Source: Myxococcales bacterium (GTDB lineage: Bacteria; Desulfobacterota; Binatia; HRBIN30). From it: 64,000 bases of DNA. The DNA is taken from positions 56,716-120,715 of the forward strand of contig JBBILD010000001.1 of the NCBI GenBank assembly GCA_037445065.1. The letters run 5' to 3'. Below, one piece after another: positions 35,698 through 46,266 of the stretch; the stretch's first letter is position 1, and the number at the start of each line of letters is the position of its first letter. The position numbers were made by a program, and so were the translations under genes. A model generated the notes under the pieces. The model ran no database searches. It worked only from the letters and a program-made list of their open reading frames with translations, and was not told the origin of the DNA.

Positions 35698-38001
35698 TCA
35701 GGCTGGGAGCTGCTCTCTCTGTAAAGAAAAAGGCCGCAAGGGTAACTGGACGACAAATGTGGAACCGCGACCGAGTTCACTATCTACCATAATCTGCCCA
35801 CCCATGGCTTCGACCATGCGGCGCACAATGTATAACCCTAACCCCACCCCGGACTGTGATTGCCCGCCGGCAGCGCGTCCCTGGCGGAAAGGCTCGAAGA
35901 TCATCGGCTGTTCCTCCGCTGGAATACCCACCCCGGTGTCCTCGACGATGATCTGAACGCTGTCGTCGCTCCTAGCAGCGCTGACTCGCACCCAGCCGCT
36001 CGCAGTGAACTTCACCGCATTCGATACGAGGTTTTTGACTACCACTTTTAGTTTGCTCGGATCGGTTTCGATCTCAGGGCCTTGCGGCGGCAACAGACAC
36101 CATAGATCCACTGCTTTTTCACGCCACTGCTGACGGACCTCGCGCACGGCGCTCGCGACCACTTCAGTTAGGGAGATCCTGCGCACGTCTAGTGGTAGGC
36201 GGCCACTTTCCAGACGCGTGAGGTCGAGGATGCCGTTGACCATGTCGAGAAGCTGCAAAGCATTCGCGTGTAGGCGAGCCAGCGCTTCCGCTTGTTCCGC
36301 ATTGATTCGCCCGAGGACTTCTTCCTGGAGGAGAGCAGTATAGCCGATGATGACATTCAGCGGGGTGCGTAGTTCGTGAGACATGGTAGCCATGAATTCC
36401 GACTTCAGACGGCTCGCTTGCTCTAGCTCCTCCATCACTCGCGCGTTTTCGAGAGCCAGAGAAGCAAGTTGTGAGAGTCCACGAGCGATCCGCTCCTGGG
36501 AGGGATGCAATGGAAAGTCCCCCTCGAGCAAGCCTACGATCAAAGCGCCCGACACTTGTTCGCCTCGCCGCAAGGGGATGACCAGCGCGCCGGAAAAGCC
36601 GGCAGCCAGAGCAAGCAAGAATTGCGGAACCATTGTCTGGGCCGCGCGATGATCGAGTTGGATGAGTTCCTTTTGTTGGATACGCTGCGCTAGGCTGCTG
36701 ACCATCGTCGGGGGAACGCGGACAATCCGCAGTGTATCCCAAACTTCGTCGGAGAAATTGTAATTCCCGACCGGATGAGCGTCGTTCCGCTGGGGGTCGA
36801 TCAACCAAAGTTGAGCCCACTTCCCACCCAATGCATTTGTGGCTGCCGCGCAAAGCCGCTCCGCCAAGTCCTGCTTACTGAGCGAGGCGATAATTTCTTC
36901 AGCGGCCGCCGACAGGGCGGCGGCCACGTACGCTTCCTCGGCAAGCTGGCGCTGGAATTTTCGCTGTTCCGTAATGTCCGTTGCGACGCCCAGCACTTGG
37001 GCTACCGAACCATCCTCCGCCAGTAGCGGGCGCTTGATCGTTCGCAGCCAGCGCTCTCTTCCTTGAGCATCGGTGATCTTTTCTTCCTCGATTTGCTGCT
37101 CTTGGGCGGTTTCGAACACCCGCAAGTCGATCGCTCGAAAGAAAGCGACTTCTTCGGCGTGGGGGTTGAAATCGGCGTCTGTCCTCCCGATTAAATCCTC
37201 GACGGTGGTCCCATAGACCTCCGCAACCGCCTGATTGACCAAGGTAAAGTGACCGTCCCGGTCCTTTGCGAAGACGAGATGCGGGTCGGTATCGATGACC
37301 TGCCGTAGGAACCGCCGCTGGGTCTCGATCTGGCGCTCGTGCTCGAGCCGGCGGCCAGCCTCGATCCGTGCTTCTGCCCGGGAGCGTTCCAATTGATAGG
37401 CGATGTAAACCGAGGCGCCGACGACGACCAGAACACCCAGAAACTCGCGTAGGCGTAACGGAGAAAAGTGACCCTCGCTGAGTACGATCGTGACAAGGTA
37501 AAGGGGCAGCAGGATCGCTCCGAGAGCCAATTGGGGGAGACAGCCCCAGGGCAGCAGAGCAGCGCTGCCCATGGCAAGCGCAACGAACACGAAGGAAGCG
37601 CTATTGGCATCCCCGGTGACGACGGATACGGCCGAGGCGGTGGCAGCCGCGGCGGTCAAACCCAGCAAACCGTTGATCGTGTGTCCCCTGCGGCTGTGGA
37701 CACGATACGAAGCGATCAATAGAAGCAGCAAAAATCCGAGCGCGATGCAATGAACCGCACTCACCACCGGATTCTCACCTGGCCGTGCCACCAGCTCAGC
37801 GACGGCGAATGCGGCCAGACAGCCAGTCAGCAGCCAGCCAGCCACGCGCACTCGCGCCTGGAGTTCCGCATCCCGTCTTTCCCCCGGCTGCCCGTTGCTG
37901 CCGCCCTTAGGCCGAGCAGAATCCATACGCAAAGAAGTTGCTATGTGATCCACCGCGCACAGGCAAGAAAAAACTGCTCCGAGGAGCCCGACCGCGGCCA
38001 T
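35698..38001 (-). CDS. Membrane PAS/GAF sensor histidine kinase
   Basis: TM region, PAS (FAKDRDGHFTLVN...GVATDITE), GAF, SHELRTPL, NLVSNAVKFT and GVGLGL. Start could be 37926. Confidence 0.9.
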   Translation of the reverse strand: MAAVGLLGAVFSCLCAVDHIATSLRMDSARPKGGSNGQPGERRDAELQARVRVAGWLLTGCLAAFAVAELVARPGENPVVSAVHCIALGFLLLLLIASYRVHSRRGHTINGLLGLTAAAATASAVSVVTGDANSASFVFVALAMGSAALLPWGCLPQLALGAILLPLYLVTIVLSEGHFSPLRLREFLGVLVVVGASVYIAYQLERSRAEARIEAGRRLEHERQIETQRRFLRQVIDTDPHLVFAKDRDGHFTLVNQAVAEVYGTTVEDLIGRTDADFNPHAEEVAFFRAIDLRVFETAQEQQIEEEKITDAQGRERWLRTIKRPLLAEDGSVAQVLGVATDITEQRKFQRQLAEEAYVAAALSAAAEEIIASLSKQDLAERLCAAATNALGGKWAQLWLIDPQRNDAHPVGNYNFSDEVWDTLRIVRVPPTMVSSLAQRIQQKELIQLDHRAAQTMVPQFLLALAAGFSGALVIPLRRGEQVSGALIVGLLEGDFPLHPSQERIARGLSQLASLALENARVMEELEQASRLKSEFMATMSHELRTPLNVIIGYTALLQEEVLGRINAEQAEALARLHANALQLLDMVNGILDLTRLESGRLPLDVRRISLTEVVASAVREVRQQWREKAVDLWCLLPPQGPEIETDPSKLKVVVKNLVSNAVKFTASGWVRVSAARSDDSVQIIVEDTGVGIPAEEQPMIFEPFRQGRAAGGQSQSGVGLGLYIVRRMVEAMGGQIMVDSELGRGSTFVVQLPLRPFSLQREQLPA

Positions 38002-38074
38002 GCCAGAGGCCGCACGTTCTTGCCCAGCGCTGTGTCGGATTGCACCACCAGAACCAATGTACTTTAGTGCCGCT

Positions 38075-38848
38075 ATGGTTGGTCAACGCACAGTTCTGCT
38101 GCACGGAGTGCTGTTTGCGGTAACGCTAGCGGGTTGCGTAGGGCGTTACGTTCGGCTGGACCAGAAGGGCATGACTTGTGTCGAGGCCCACCAAATCGCG
38201 CTCGCTACGGTGCAACGCCTCGGTTACGCGGTGGTCGATTCCACTAGACCCGCCCCTGGGTCGCCTGGGTTGGTAACTGGAAGCCGGGGCGAAGGCTCAC
38301 AGGTACGCAAGGTATTGGTCCAGGTGTTTTGCACAGAGATGGGCGCCCAGGTGGAAGCACGGACGGAAGGAGAAGGGTTGCCGGACCTCTCTTTTGCCAA
38401 CGAGTTCCAGAAAGGCTTTGCCGCGCTCGCGGCCCAACGCCCTCGACCGCGAGAGTTGGCGAGTCAGGGGATTGACGTGGCTGTGCATCCCGAGCGAGCC
38501 AGCGCCAGTGAGTTAGGAGTGGATGTATCGCTTCTCGGCGTGGTACCCGTGAGTGTAAGAATCGCGAATCACACCACCCGTTCATACCGTTTGCTCGTGA
38601 ACCGAATTCTTCTCCAGGATGACCGTGGCGGCCGAACGCCTCCGTTACCGGCCAGTGAGGTTTTGACAAAACTTTCGGAGGAGCAGCGTTCAGCCGTGGC
38701 GCCCCGCCTCCTCCGCGACCGAGTGGTGCGGCCAGGAGAACTGGTGGAGGGTTACCTGTTCTTTCCCTTCGCAGCGTATTCTCGAGCCCGAGTGAGCTTA
38801 CAGGATATGGAGAGCGAGGAGCTAGAAGGCTTTACGATCGAGTTTTGA
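38075..38848 (+). CDS. Hypothetical lipoprotein
   Basis: Lipobox VTLAGC and a C-terminal beta domain (VEGYLFFP). No family recognised. Confidence 0.6.
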   Translation: MVGQRTVLLHGVLFAVTLAGCVGRYVRLDQKGMTCVEAHQIALATVQRLGYAVVDSTRPAPGSPGLVTGSRGEGSQVRKVLVQVFCTEMGAQVEARTEGEGLPDLSFANEFQKGFAALAAQRPRPRELASQGIDVAVHPERASASELGVDVSLLGVVPVSVRIANHTTRSYRLLVNRILLQDDRGGRTPPLPASEVLTKLSEEQRSAVAPRLLRDRVVRPGELVEGYLFFPFAAYSRARVSLQDMESEELEGFTIEF

Positions 38849-40634
38849 CCCCCAGGTCCGAAGGCAGTTCGCTGTGGGGTAAAGCCCTCGCCATGGCGGA
38901 TAAAAGCTCATCAGGGCCGACGTAACCGACAAAGCGCGCCACTTCGGTTCCTTCGCCATTCAGGACAATCAGCGTCGGTACACCGCGGACACCAAACCGC
39001 GTGGTCAGTGTCTCCGTCTGCTGATTCTCAAGGGTGAGGTCGGCGCGCAACATCGAGAATTGACTGGCGAGTTCAATCACTCTGGAGTCAGCAAACGTTG
39101 TCGCATCCATCTCATGGCAGGGAATGCACCAATCAGCGACAAAATCGAGAACAACGGGGCGCCGTAACTCCGTGGCCCTGGAGAGTGCCTCCTCAGAGAA
39201 CGGTGTCCACCCGATTTCGCTTCGCGCCGGGAAGGGGACGGCAAACCAGAGGGCTGCTGCCACAGCGGCCAGGCCACCCAGTTGCTTGAAACGGCGGAAG
39301 CCGGACCATGAGTCTCCGGAACGATCAAGAAACCCTAAGCCGACACCCGCAGCGGCAATCAGGACTGTGTAGCCAATGCGGCGCACGGAATTGGGGAGAA
39401 GAGGCGAAAGGAAGTACCACCCCAGAAATAACAGGATGGCTCCGAAGAGGTGTTCCACCCAGACGAGCCAGTCACCGGCTCGGGGCAGGGCTCGCAACGA
39501 TCCCGCCGCGAGCGCGAGGGCCAGATACGGTAGTCCGAGCCCGAGGCCCAGTGCGCTGAAGAGCTCCAGACCGAGCCACGGTTGCTTTTGGCTGCTCACG
39601 AACACGATCAGACCCACGACCACAGGACCAATACACGGAGCGGCGACGATCCCCATGCTCAATCCCATGAGGAGGGCACCCAGCATGCCGGGGCTGCTTG
39701 TACCAGCAATCCGCAGCCATCGAGCCGGTAGGCGGAGCTGGTATACCCCAAAGGATGCAAGCGCCAGGACAACCATCAGCCCCGCGGCCCCGATGAGAAC
39801 GATGGGCTTTTGCAACCAGGCCCCGAACAAACCTCCAGTTAACGCTGCGGCCGCGCCCAGTGACGCGAAGCTGACGACGATTCCCGCAACATACAGGGAA
39901 GCGAGCATCACGAGGTGGCGGAAACTCTGTCGAGCTTGGCGCCCGAAGTACGCAAGGGTCACAGAAATGAGAGGGTAAACACAGGGGGTCAGATTCAACC
40001 CTAAGCCCAGCAGCAAAACGAGCAAATAGGTTGCTAAATGCCCCCGCTGCTCTAACCAGGCGGCGAAGTCAAATGGGCCGGTGCTAAGACCTACGGTCCC
40101 CACCTGGTCGCCAGTTGTGGAGGCGGCATCCCCGACCGGCAGAAGCAAGGACGCATGGGTGGTTGCGGGCGGTGCGCACGTGGTGTCTGTACAGGCTTGG
40201 TAGCGTAGCTTGGCCTCGAGGCGAACCTCCGAAGCGAGATACTCGGGCGGGAGTTCGATCCACGTGAGGAACCGTACGGTCCCTTCGTAAACGCGCAGCA
40301 CCTTTTGCGGGGCAAAGGAGAAAGAGCGAGTTTCTGGAGGCGGGTATTGCACGGGACCGATGCGGACGCCTTGGTCGGAAGCGAGCTGTAACTCGCTCGG
40401 TACGAGGAAGGGCTCCGTCGGGTCGTTGGCGTGAATATGCCACCCGGAGGCAATATCCGCTCGTACTTCTACTGGCACGCGGCCTCCTCGCACTGCCGCC
40501 GGAGCGAGAGAATGGAAGCGCAGCTTTACGACGTCAGACCCGCTGGCAAGGCTGGGTAGGATAGCCAGCGCAAAGCTGATCCACCGTGCGGCGAGCAGCC
40601 ATTTGCTGATGCCCACGGCCGCGTCCCTAATCAT
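38832..40634 (-). CDS. dsbD: Thiol:disulfide interchange protein DsbD
   Basis: N-domain YQACTDTTCAPP, TM domain LTPCVYP and APCIGP, thioredoxin domain ADWCIPC. Confidence 0.92.
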   Translation of the reverse strand: MIRDAAVGISKWLLAARWISFALAILPSLASGSDVVKLRFHSLAPAAVRGGRVPVEVRADIASGWHIHANDPTEPFLVPSELQLASDQGVRIGPVQYPPPETRSFSFAPQKVLRVYEGTVRFLTWIELPPEYLASEVRLEAKLRYQACTDTTCAPPATTHASLLLPVGDAASTTGDQVGTVGLSTGPFDFAAWLEQRGHLATYLLVLLLGLGLNLTPCVYPLISVTLAYFGRQARQSFRHLVMLASLYVAGIVVSFASLGAAAALTGGLFGAWLQKPIVLIGAAGLMVVLALASFGVYQLRLPARWLRIAGTSSPGMLGALLMGLSMGIVAAPCIGPVVVGLIVFVSSQKQPWLGLELFSALGLGLGLPYLALALAAGSLRALPRAGDWLVWVEHLFGAILLFLGWYFLSPLLPNSVRRIGYTVLIAAAGVGLGFLDRSGDSWSGFRRFKQLGGLAAVAAALWFAVPFPARSEIGWTPFSEEALSRATELRRPVVLDFVADWCIPCHEMDATTFADSRVIELASQFSMLRADLTLENQQTETLTTRFGVRGVPTLIVLNGEGTEVARFVGYVGPDELLSAMARALPHSELPSDLGVKTRS

Positions 40635-40681
40635 GTGCCCCGGTTGCTTGCAATTTGCGCAGCCGGCACCATGCGTGGGCC

Positions 40682-41566
40682 ATGCGAGCGCAATGGGTGA
40701 ACCTGAGTCTGTTTTGCTTGATTCTCTCATGGGTTGTTTCCGTGCGGGCTCAGTCGCCCTCCGCTCTCGCTCCATTACGAACGGAAGTGGCTGCGCCGGT
40801 AGGCGATGGCATCGCGGAAGCGAGCCTAGCGTTCGTGTACCAGCGGAACGAGCGTTTTCCGTTTTTCACCACTCCCGGAGCGATCCGCACGCAGGATCGC
40901 ATTCACCTGCCGGTGCTGAGATTCCGCGCCGGGGTGGGCTCGCGCGTTGAGATCGACGCCCAGCACGAAATGATCTACCTGGACGAGACAACTCGCGACG
41001 GCTTGTCCAACTGGCAGTACGGGACCGGGGATGCGCAGCTTCACACGAAGGTCGCCGTCGTGAAGGAGCAGGGGCTCGTTCCGGCAATCTCCGTCCGCTT
41101 CGGTACCAAGCTCCCGAACGCGAGCCGCGTTGATCGACTCGGCACCGATGAGACCGATTTCGACATCCTTGCGTTGCTAAGCAAGGACCTGGGAACTGTG
41201 TCTCTTCACACCAACTTGGGGATCGCTCTTCTCGGCAATCCTGGATCATCCCCGCTGCCCGGTGCTTTCGAAGCCGGAGGTCAGGATGACCTATTTGTTT
41301 ACTCCGTGGCCTTGGCTTCTAGGCCCTGGGCTGTTTGGGGCCAGGAAGCTCCTGCGCTCCGATGGGTCCTAGAGTTCGATGGTACGACAGGGTCGCGGTT
41401 CGGTAACGATCGCTCGCGCTGGAGTGCGGGGGTCAGATGGGAGCACCTCGGCTGGAGCTATTTCTTCGGCGGCAGCGCGGGGCTAACGCGAGGCAGCGAA
41501 GACTTCGGGCTCGGCCTGGGCCTGGCGTACCGATGGGATTTGGGAGCGTTGTTGCGCGGCCCGTGA
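40682..41566 (+). CDS. Putative outer-membrane beta-barrel protein
   Basis: Signal peptide, amphipathic beta strands, GTGDAQL, KLPNA...LGTDETD and a terminal GLAYRW strand. Confidence 0.55.
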   Translation: MRAQWVNLSLFCLILSWVVSVRAQSPSALAPLRTEVAAPVGDGIAEASLAFVYQRNERFPFFTTPGAIRTQDRIHLPVLRFRAGVGSRVEIDAQHEMIYLDETTRDGLSNWQYGTGDAQLHTKVAVVKEQGLVPAISVRFGTKLPNASRVDRLGTDETDFDILALLSKDLGTVSLHTNLGIALLGNPGSSPLPGAFEAGGQDDLFVYSVALASRPWAVWGQEAPALRWVLEFDGTTGSRFGNDRSRWSAGVRWEHLGWSYFFGGSAGLTRGSEDFGLGLGLAYRWDLGALLRGP

Positions 41567-41586
41567 GAGAAAGACCGTTGGAAGGT

Positions 41587-42798
41587 TCAAGGCGCCGTTC
41601 GTCGAGCAGCCCGCCTGCGATGCGTCCGCGCGTTTTCGAGCGCAGTATCGTGCAGATGAATGGGCACACACTCGACGATCTCTAGCCCATACCCAGGCAG
41701 ACTGACGAGCCGCCGAGGGAAGTTGCTCAGCAAACGAATTTTACGTACGCCAACATCGCGTAAGATTTGCGCCCCGATCCCGTAGTCCCGAAACGCTCGC
41801 TGCCGAGAGTCGGGATCTGTGGTGGGGTTGCGCGCAAAGGCCTTCTTGATCTGTGCGAGTTCCGCTCCTCGCCCCTCTCGTCGGAGATACACGATGACGC
41901 CTTTTCCAGCCTCGCCAATCGTCCGCATGGCTTCGTGTAGTAGCGCGGCGGTGTTTTGTTCCGCCATTTGAAAGACGTCTCCGGGTAAAAACTCGGCGTG
42001 GGCCCGGACAAGCACGGGCTCTTCCGGATCGAACTCGCCCTTCACCAGGGCAACGTGCTCTCCTTCGTCCACGTCGGTGTGATAGACAAAGATGCGAAAT
42101 TCGCCTCCGTAGCGGCTGTACAACTTTGCCTCCGCAACGCGATGGACCAAAGAGTCGTGCTGAAGGCGGTACTGGACCAGATCGGCAATTGTACAAATCT
42201 TCAGGTTGTGCTCCGCGGCAAAACGTTCCAAATCCGGCAGGCGGGCCATGGTTCCGTCTTCTTTCATGATCTCACAAATCACGCCGGCCGGTTTGAGCCC
42301 GGCGAGTCGAGCAAGATCAACAGAGCCTTCCGTCTGACCGGTTCGCACTAGCACGCCTCCACGCCGGGCAATCAAGGGGAAGACGTGCCCCGGAACGACA
42401 AAATCAGTCGGCCGAGCCCCCGGTCGGATCGCGGCGCGAATCGTGTGCGCGCGGTCCGCGGCGCTCACTCCGGCCGCAATCCCATGCTTCGCATCAATGG
42501 AAACCGTGAAGGCTGTTCCCAAGGGAGCGCGGTTTTCCTCTACCATCATGGTCAGGCCAAGCTGGTGGGCGTGTTCCTCCGTGAGGGTCAGGCAAATCAA
42601 CCCGCGGCCGTATTTGGTCATGAAGTTAATCGCTTCCGGGGTCACCTTCTCCGCGGCCAAGCACAAGTCCCCTTCGTTTTCCCGAGTTTCGTCATCCATG
42701 AGAATGATCATCTTGCCCGCCCGCAGGTCGGCCAAGCACTCTTCAATGGGGCTGGTACGTTTAGGCCGCCGAGAAGGCAAACGAACCGCTGTAAACAT
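41587..42798 (-). CDS. ribB: 3,4-dihydroxy-2-butanone 4-phosphate synthase with degenerate GTP cyclohydrolase II domain (RibBX type)
   Basis: DDETRENEGD, GLIC, AFTVSID, PGHVFPL and GVICEI. The C-terminal domain reads HAEFLPGD and lacks the GCH-II Zn cysteines. Confidence 0.9.
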   Translation of the reverse strand: MFTAVRLPSRRPKRTSPIEECLADLRAGKMIILMDDETRENEGDLCLAAEKVTPEAINFMTKYGRGLICLTLTEEHAHQLGLTMMVEENRAPLGTAFTVSIDAKHGIAAGVSAADRAHTIRAAIRPGARPTDFVVPGHVFPLIARRGGVLVRTGQTEGSVDLARLAGLKPAGVICEIMKEDGTMARLPDLERFAAEHNLKICTIADLVQYRLQHDSLVHRVAEAKLYSRYGGEFRIFVYHTDVDEGEHVALVKGEFDPEEPVLVRAHAEFLPGDVFQMAEQNTAALLHEAMRTIGEAGKGVIVYLRREGRGAELAQIKKAFARNPTTDPDSRQRAFRDYGIGAQILRDVGVRKIRLLSNFPRRLVSLPGYGLEIVECVPIHLHDTALENARTHRRRAARRTAP

Positions 42799-42984
42799 GG
42801 TGCCAGAGCGTATAGCGAAGGGCTTCTGATCGAGAAAGCAAGGCCTTTGGCCGGGCAAAGCGAGACCCTGGGTGGCGGGTGAGATTCAATGTCCGCTCCG
42901 CGCAGAGTTCCCCACAAGGCTTGCACAGGAGCGCAAAATTGCGTTCCTTGGTACCACGCACCGAGTGCGCGGTGGCTGCGATCC

Positions 42985-43467
42985 ATGCGAATATCGGAAA
43001 AAGTCGACGGATCTCTAGTGCTCGTCGGGAAATCGTGGGGAAGCTTCGAGGAAACTGTGCGCGCCATGGTCGAGCATCTCGCAGCCGCGGGCCGTTTGCC
43101 AGCGGAACTGGTCGAGCCCACGATCGACGGTGTTTGCCGGCGAGAACGGGAAGCGAGCATGACGATGGCGGACGTTGGGGTGAGCGTACCTCACCTGCGC
43201 GTGCCAGGGGTTCGGGGAATCGTCTGGGCATTGGCGGTGGCTGCCCCAGCAGTGTTTTCAGTCGGTGTCGGTCTGCCGATTTCCATCGTGGCACTCGTGC
43301 TTTCCTCGCCTTCTCTCGTTGGCGATCATTTGGAGTTCCTTTCGTCGTTGTCGCTGCTCCTCCAGTCCCCGCGTTGTCGGCAACGATTGATGCAGGCTCG
43401 CTCGAGCGAGGAGGTCGTGGCGGTCATTCAGGCGTTCGAGGAGCGCGGTGGCCCCTTGGCTCGCTGA
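42985..43467 (+). CDS. PTS EIIA (fructose/Ntr-type) domain protein
   Basis: RREREASMTMADVGVSVPHLR (phospho-His motif) and HLEFLSSLSLLL. Confidence 0.8.
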   Translation: MRISEKVDGSLVLVGKSWGSFEETVRAMVEHLAAAGRLPAELVEPTIDGVCRREREASMTMADVGVSVPHLRVPGVRGIVWALAVAAPAVFSVGVGLPISIVALVLSSPSLVGDHLEFLSSLSLLLQSPRCRQRLMQARSSEEVVAVIQAFEERGGPLAR

Positions 43468-43509
43468 TGGAGTGGCCTGCTAGACACGCCGGTACAGGGA
43501 GACAAAGCT

Positions 43510-46266
43510 GTGGAAAACCTTGATGCGTTGCTGCGAGCGAACGCGGAGTACGTCGAGCATTTGTACGAGCAATACCGTCGCGACCCGCAGTCCGTGGATC
43601 CCTCTTGGGCGCTGCTCTTCGCGGGCTTCGAGATGGGGCGCTCGGTAGCGGTTCGCACCCCCGCCACGGGGAAAGTGAGCGAAGGTTTGGTCTCACGCCG
43701 CCAAATCGGCGTCTACAACCTCATTCACTCGTATCGGGAGATTGGGCATTTAATCGCCAACTTGGACCCTTTGGGGGACAACTTGCAGGCGCACCCGCTG
43801 CTCGAGCCCGAGGAGTTCGGCTTCTCTGCCGATGAGTTGGATACGATCGTAGTGGAGACGCCGACGCTGAAGGGGTTCACCCGGGGCACGTTGCGAGAGG
43901 TCATCGAGCGCTTGCGCGCGATTTACTGCGGAACCCTGGGAATCGAGTACATGGATACCGACAGCAAAGAGGAGAGAACCTGGTTTCAGGATCGCATCGA
44001 ACCAACCCTGAACAAACCGCGATTGGACTCGGAACAACGCAAGTCGGTTCTCTACCGCCTGACTCAGGCCGAAGCCTTTGAGCAGTTTTTGCAGGTGAAA
44101 TACCTGGGTCAGAAGCGCTTTTCCCTGGAAGGCGCCGAGGCTCTGATCCCCTTGCTGGACGCGCTGATTGAAGAATCGGTTGAGAATGGTGTGGAAGAGA
44201 TCGTGATGGGCATGGCGCATCGGGGACGCCTGAACGTGCTCGCCCACGTATTGCGGAAGCCGTACGAGATGATCTTTGCGGAATTCGAGGGAACTCGACT
44301 GCCCCCGCACGTACCGGGGGACGGGGATGTAAAATACCACTTGGGTTACTCAAAGGACCTGGTGACTAGCAGCGGTCGCAAGGTGCACCTGTCGTTGTGT
44401 TCCAATCCGAGCCACTTGGAAGCCGTCAACCCTGTGGTCGAGGGGATCGTCCGCGGCAAACAGTATTACATGGGAGATGTTGACGGTACGCGAGTGCAAC
44501 CCGTGCTGATCCACGGCGATGCTGCCTTTTGTGGTCAGGGGATTGTAGCCGAGACGTTGGCGCTCACTGCGCTGCCGGGATACCGAACGGGGGGCACGAT
44601 TCATATTATCGTGAATAACCAAATCGGCTTTACCACTTCGCCGCCTGATTACCGCCCCACGCGCTACCCGACCGATATTGCGAAGTTTCTGCATGTGCCG
44701 GTGTTGCACGTAAACGCAGACGACCCCGAGGCGGCGATCCAAGCCGCCCGTTTGGCAGCCGCCTATCGCGCTCGGTTTCGACGCGACGTTTTTATCGACC
44801 TCGTTTGCTACCGCCGTCATGGCCACAACGAGACGGACGACCCGACGTTCACCCAGCCGGTGCTGTACCGGAAAATTCAGGAGCATCCTACGGTGCGGGC
44901 GCTTTACGCTGAGAAACTGTTGCACGACGGGGTGGTGACTCGCGAGGAACTGGATCGGCAGGCGGCATCGCTGCGCGAGATCTTCGAGGATGCTCTCAAT
45001 TACGCCAGGGATTTCATGCCACGGCAGCAAGTGTTTGTGTTTGGGGGCGTATGGAAAGGGATGCGCTGGGCAGGTGACGACTGGAGCGCCCACACCGCCG
45101 TAGCCCGTGAAACGCTGGACGCGATTGTCCAGGCTGTGCAGCGGGTGCCGGAAGGCTTTTCCGTGCATCCCAAGGTGCGAAAACTTTACGAGCAGCGCGC
45201 CCAGATGCTGCAGGGCGAGGGAGAAGTGGACTGGGCTTGCGCGGAAATGCTCGCCTTCGGCACCTTGCTACTCGAAGGAACGCATGTGCGATTGGCCGGC
45301 CAGGATAGTGGCCGGGGTACGTTCAGCCAGCGGCACGCAGTCTGGCGTGATCTGCAAACCGGGAACGCGTACGTGCCCTTGAACCAGCTAGCGGAACGGC
45401 AGGGATGTTTTACGGTCCTCGATACGATGCTTTCAGAGCTTGCCGTCTTGGGGTTCGAGTATGGCTTTAGCTCCGCTGACCCCCGGAACCTCGTGCTTTG
45501 GGAGGCCCAGTTCGGTGACTTTGCCAACAATGCTCAGGTCATTATCGACCAGTTCATCAGTTCCGCCGAGTCCAAGTGGCAGAAGATGAGTGGTTTGGTC
45601 CTCTTGCTGCCGCACGGATACGAAGGCCAAGGGCCAGAGCATTCTAGCGCCCGCTTGGAGCGCTTTTTACAGCTCTGCGCAGAGAACAATATGCAAGTCT
45701 GCAACTTGACGACACCAGCGCAGTACTTTCACGCGCTGCGCCGGCAAATCCACAGGAACTTCCGGAAGCCGTTGATCCTCATGACACCGAAGAGTTTGCT
45801 TCGTCACAAGTTGTGCGTTTCGCCGGTGGAGGATTTTACCGACGGCACCTTTCAACCGGTGCTCGGCGATGTGGATCCGATTGTGCCCTCGAAAGTGCGC
45901 CGCGTGGTCCTCTGTTCCGGGAAGATCTTTTACGACTTGTTGGTGGCCCGGCACGAACGAGACATTGATGATATTGCCTTCGTGCGGGTAGAACAGTTGT
46001 ATCCGTTCCCGGAAAAAGAACTGCAGGCAATCCTGCAGCAGTATCCGCCGCGGTGCGAGATCATGTGGGCACAGGAAGAGCCTTGGAACATGGGAGCTTG
46101 GCCCGAAATGTTCCGCCGCTTGCTTCGCGTGGTCGGCATGGAGAGGCCGATCCTGTACGCGGGCCGCAGAGCAGCAGCGAGCCCAGCCACGGGATCGTAC
46201 AAGGTACACCAAAGCGAGGAGCAAGAGGTGATTCAGGCGGCACTGCGGAGGACTTATGGCCGTTGA
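43510..46266 (+). CDS. sucA: 2-oxoglutarate dehydrogenase E1
   Basis: [52 protein letters not shown] and GPEHSSAR. Confidence 0.97.
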   Translation: MENLDALLRANAEYVEHLYEQYRRDPQSVDPSWALLFAGFEMGRSVAVRTPATGKVSEGLVSRRQIGVYNLIHSYREIGHLIANLDPLGDNLQAHPLLEPEEFGFSADELDTIVVETPTLKGFTRGTLREVIERLRAIYCGTLGIEYMDTDSKEERTWFQDRIEPTLNKPRLDSEQRKSVLYRLTQAEAFEQFLQVKYLGQKRFSLEGAEALIPLLDALIEESVENGVEEIVMGMAHRGRLNVLAHVLRKPYEMIFAEFEGTRLPPHVPGDGDVKYHLGYSKDLVTSSGRKVHLSLCSNPSHLEAVNPVVEGIVRGKQYYMGDVDGTRVQPVLIHGDAAFCGQGIVAETLALTALPGYRTGGTIHIIVNNQIGFTTSPPDYRPTRYPTDIAKFLHVPVLHVNADDPEAAIQAARLAAAYRARFRRDVFIDLVCYRRHGHNETDDPTFTQPVLYRKIQEHPTVRALYAEKLLHDGVVTREELDRQAASLREIFEDALNYARDFMPRQQVFVFGGVWKGMRWAGDDWSAHTAVARETLDAIVQAVQRVPEGFSVHPKVRKLYEQRAQMLQGEGEVDWACAEMLAFGTLLLEGTHVRLAGQDSGRGTFSQRHAVWRDLQTGNAYVPLNQLAERQGCFTVLDTMLSELAVLGFEYGFSSADPRNLVLWEAQFGDFANNAQVIIDQFISSAESKWQKMSGLVLLLPHGYEGQGPEHSSARLERFLQLCAENNMQVCNLTTPAQYFHALRRQIHRNFRKPLILMTPKSLLRHKLCVSPVEDFTDGTFQPVLGDVDPIVPSKVRRVVLCSGKIFYDLLVARHERDIDDIAFVRVEQLYPFPEKELQAILQQYPPRCEIMWAQEEPWNMGAWPEMFRRLLRVVGMERPILYAGRRAAASPATGSYKVHQSEEQEVIQAALRRTYGR

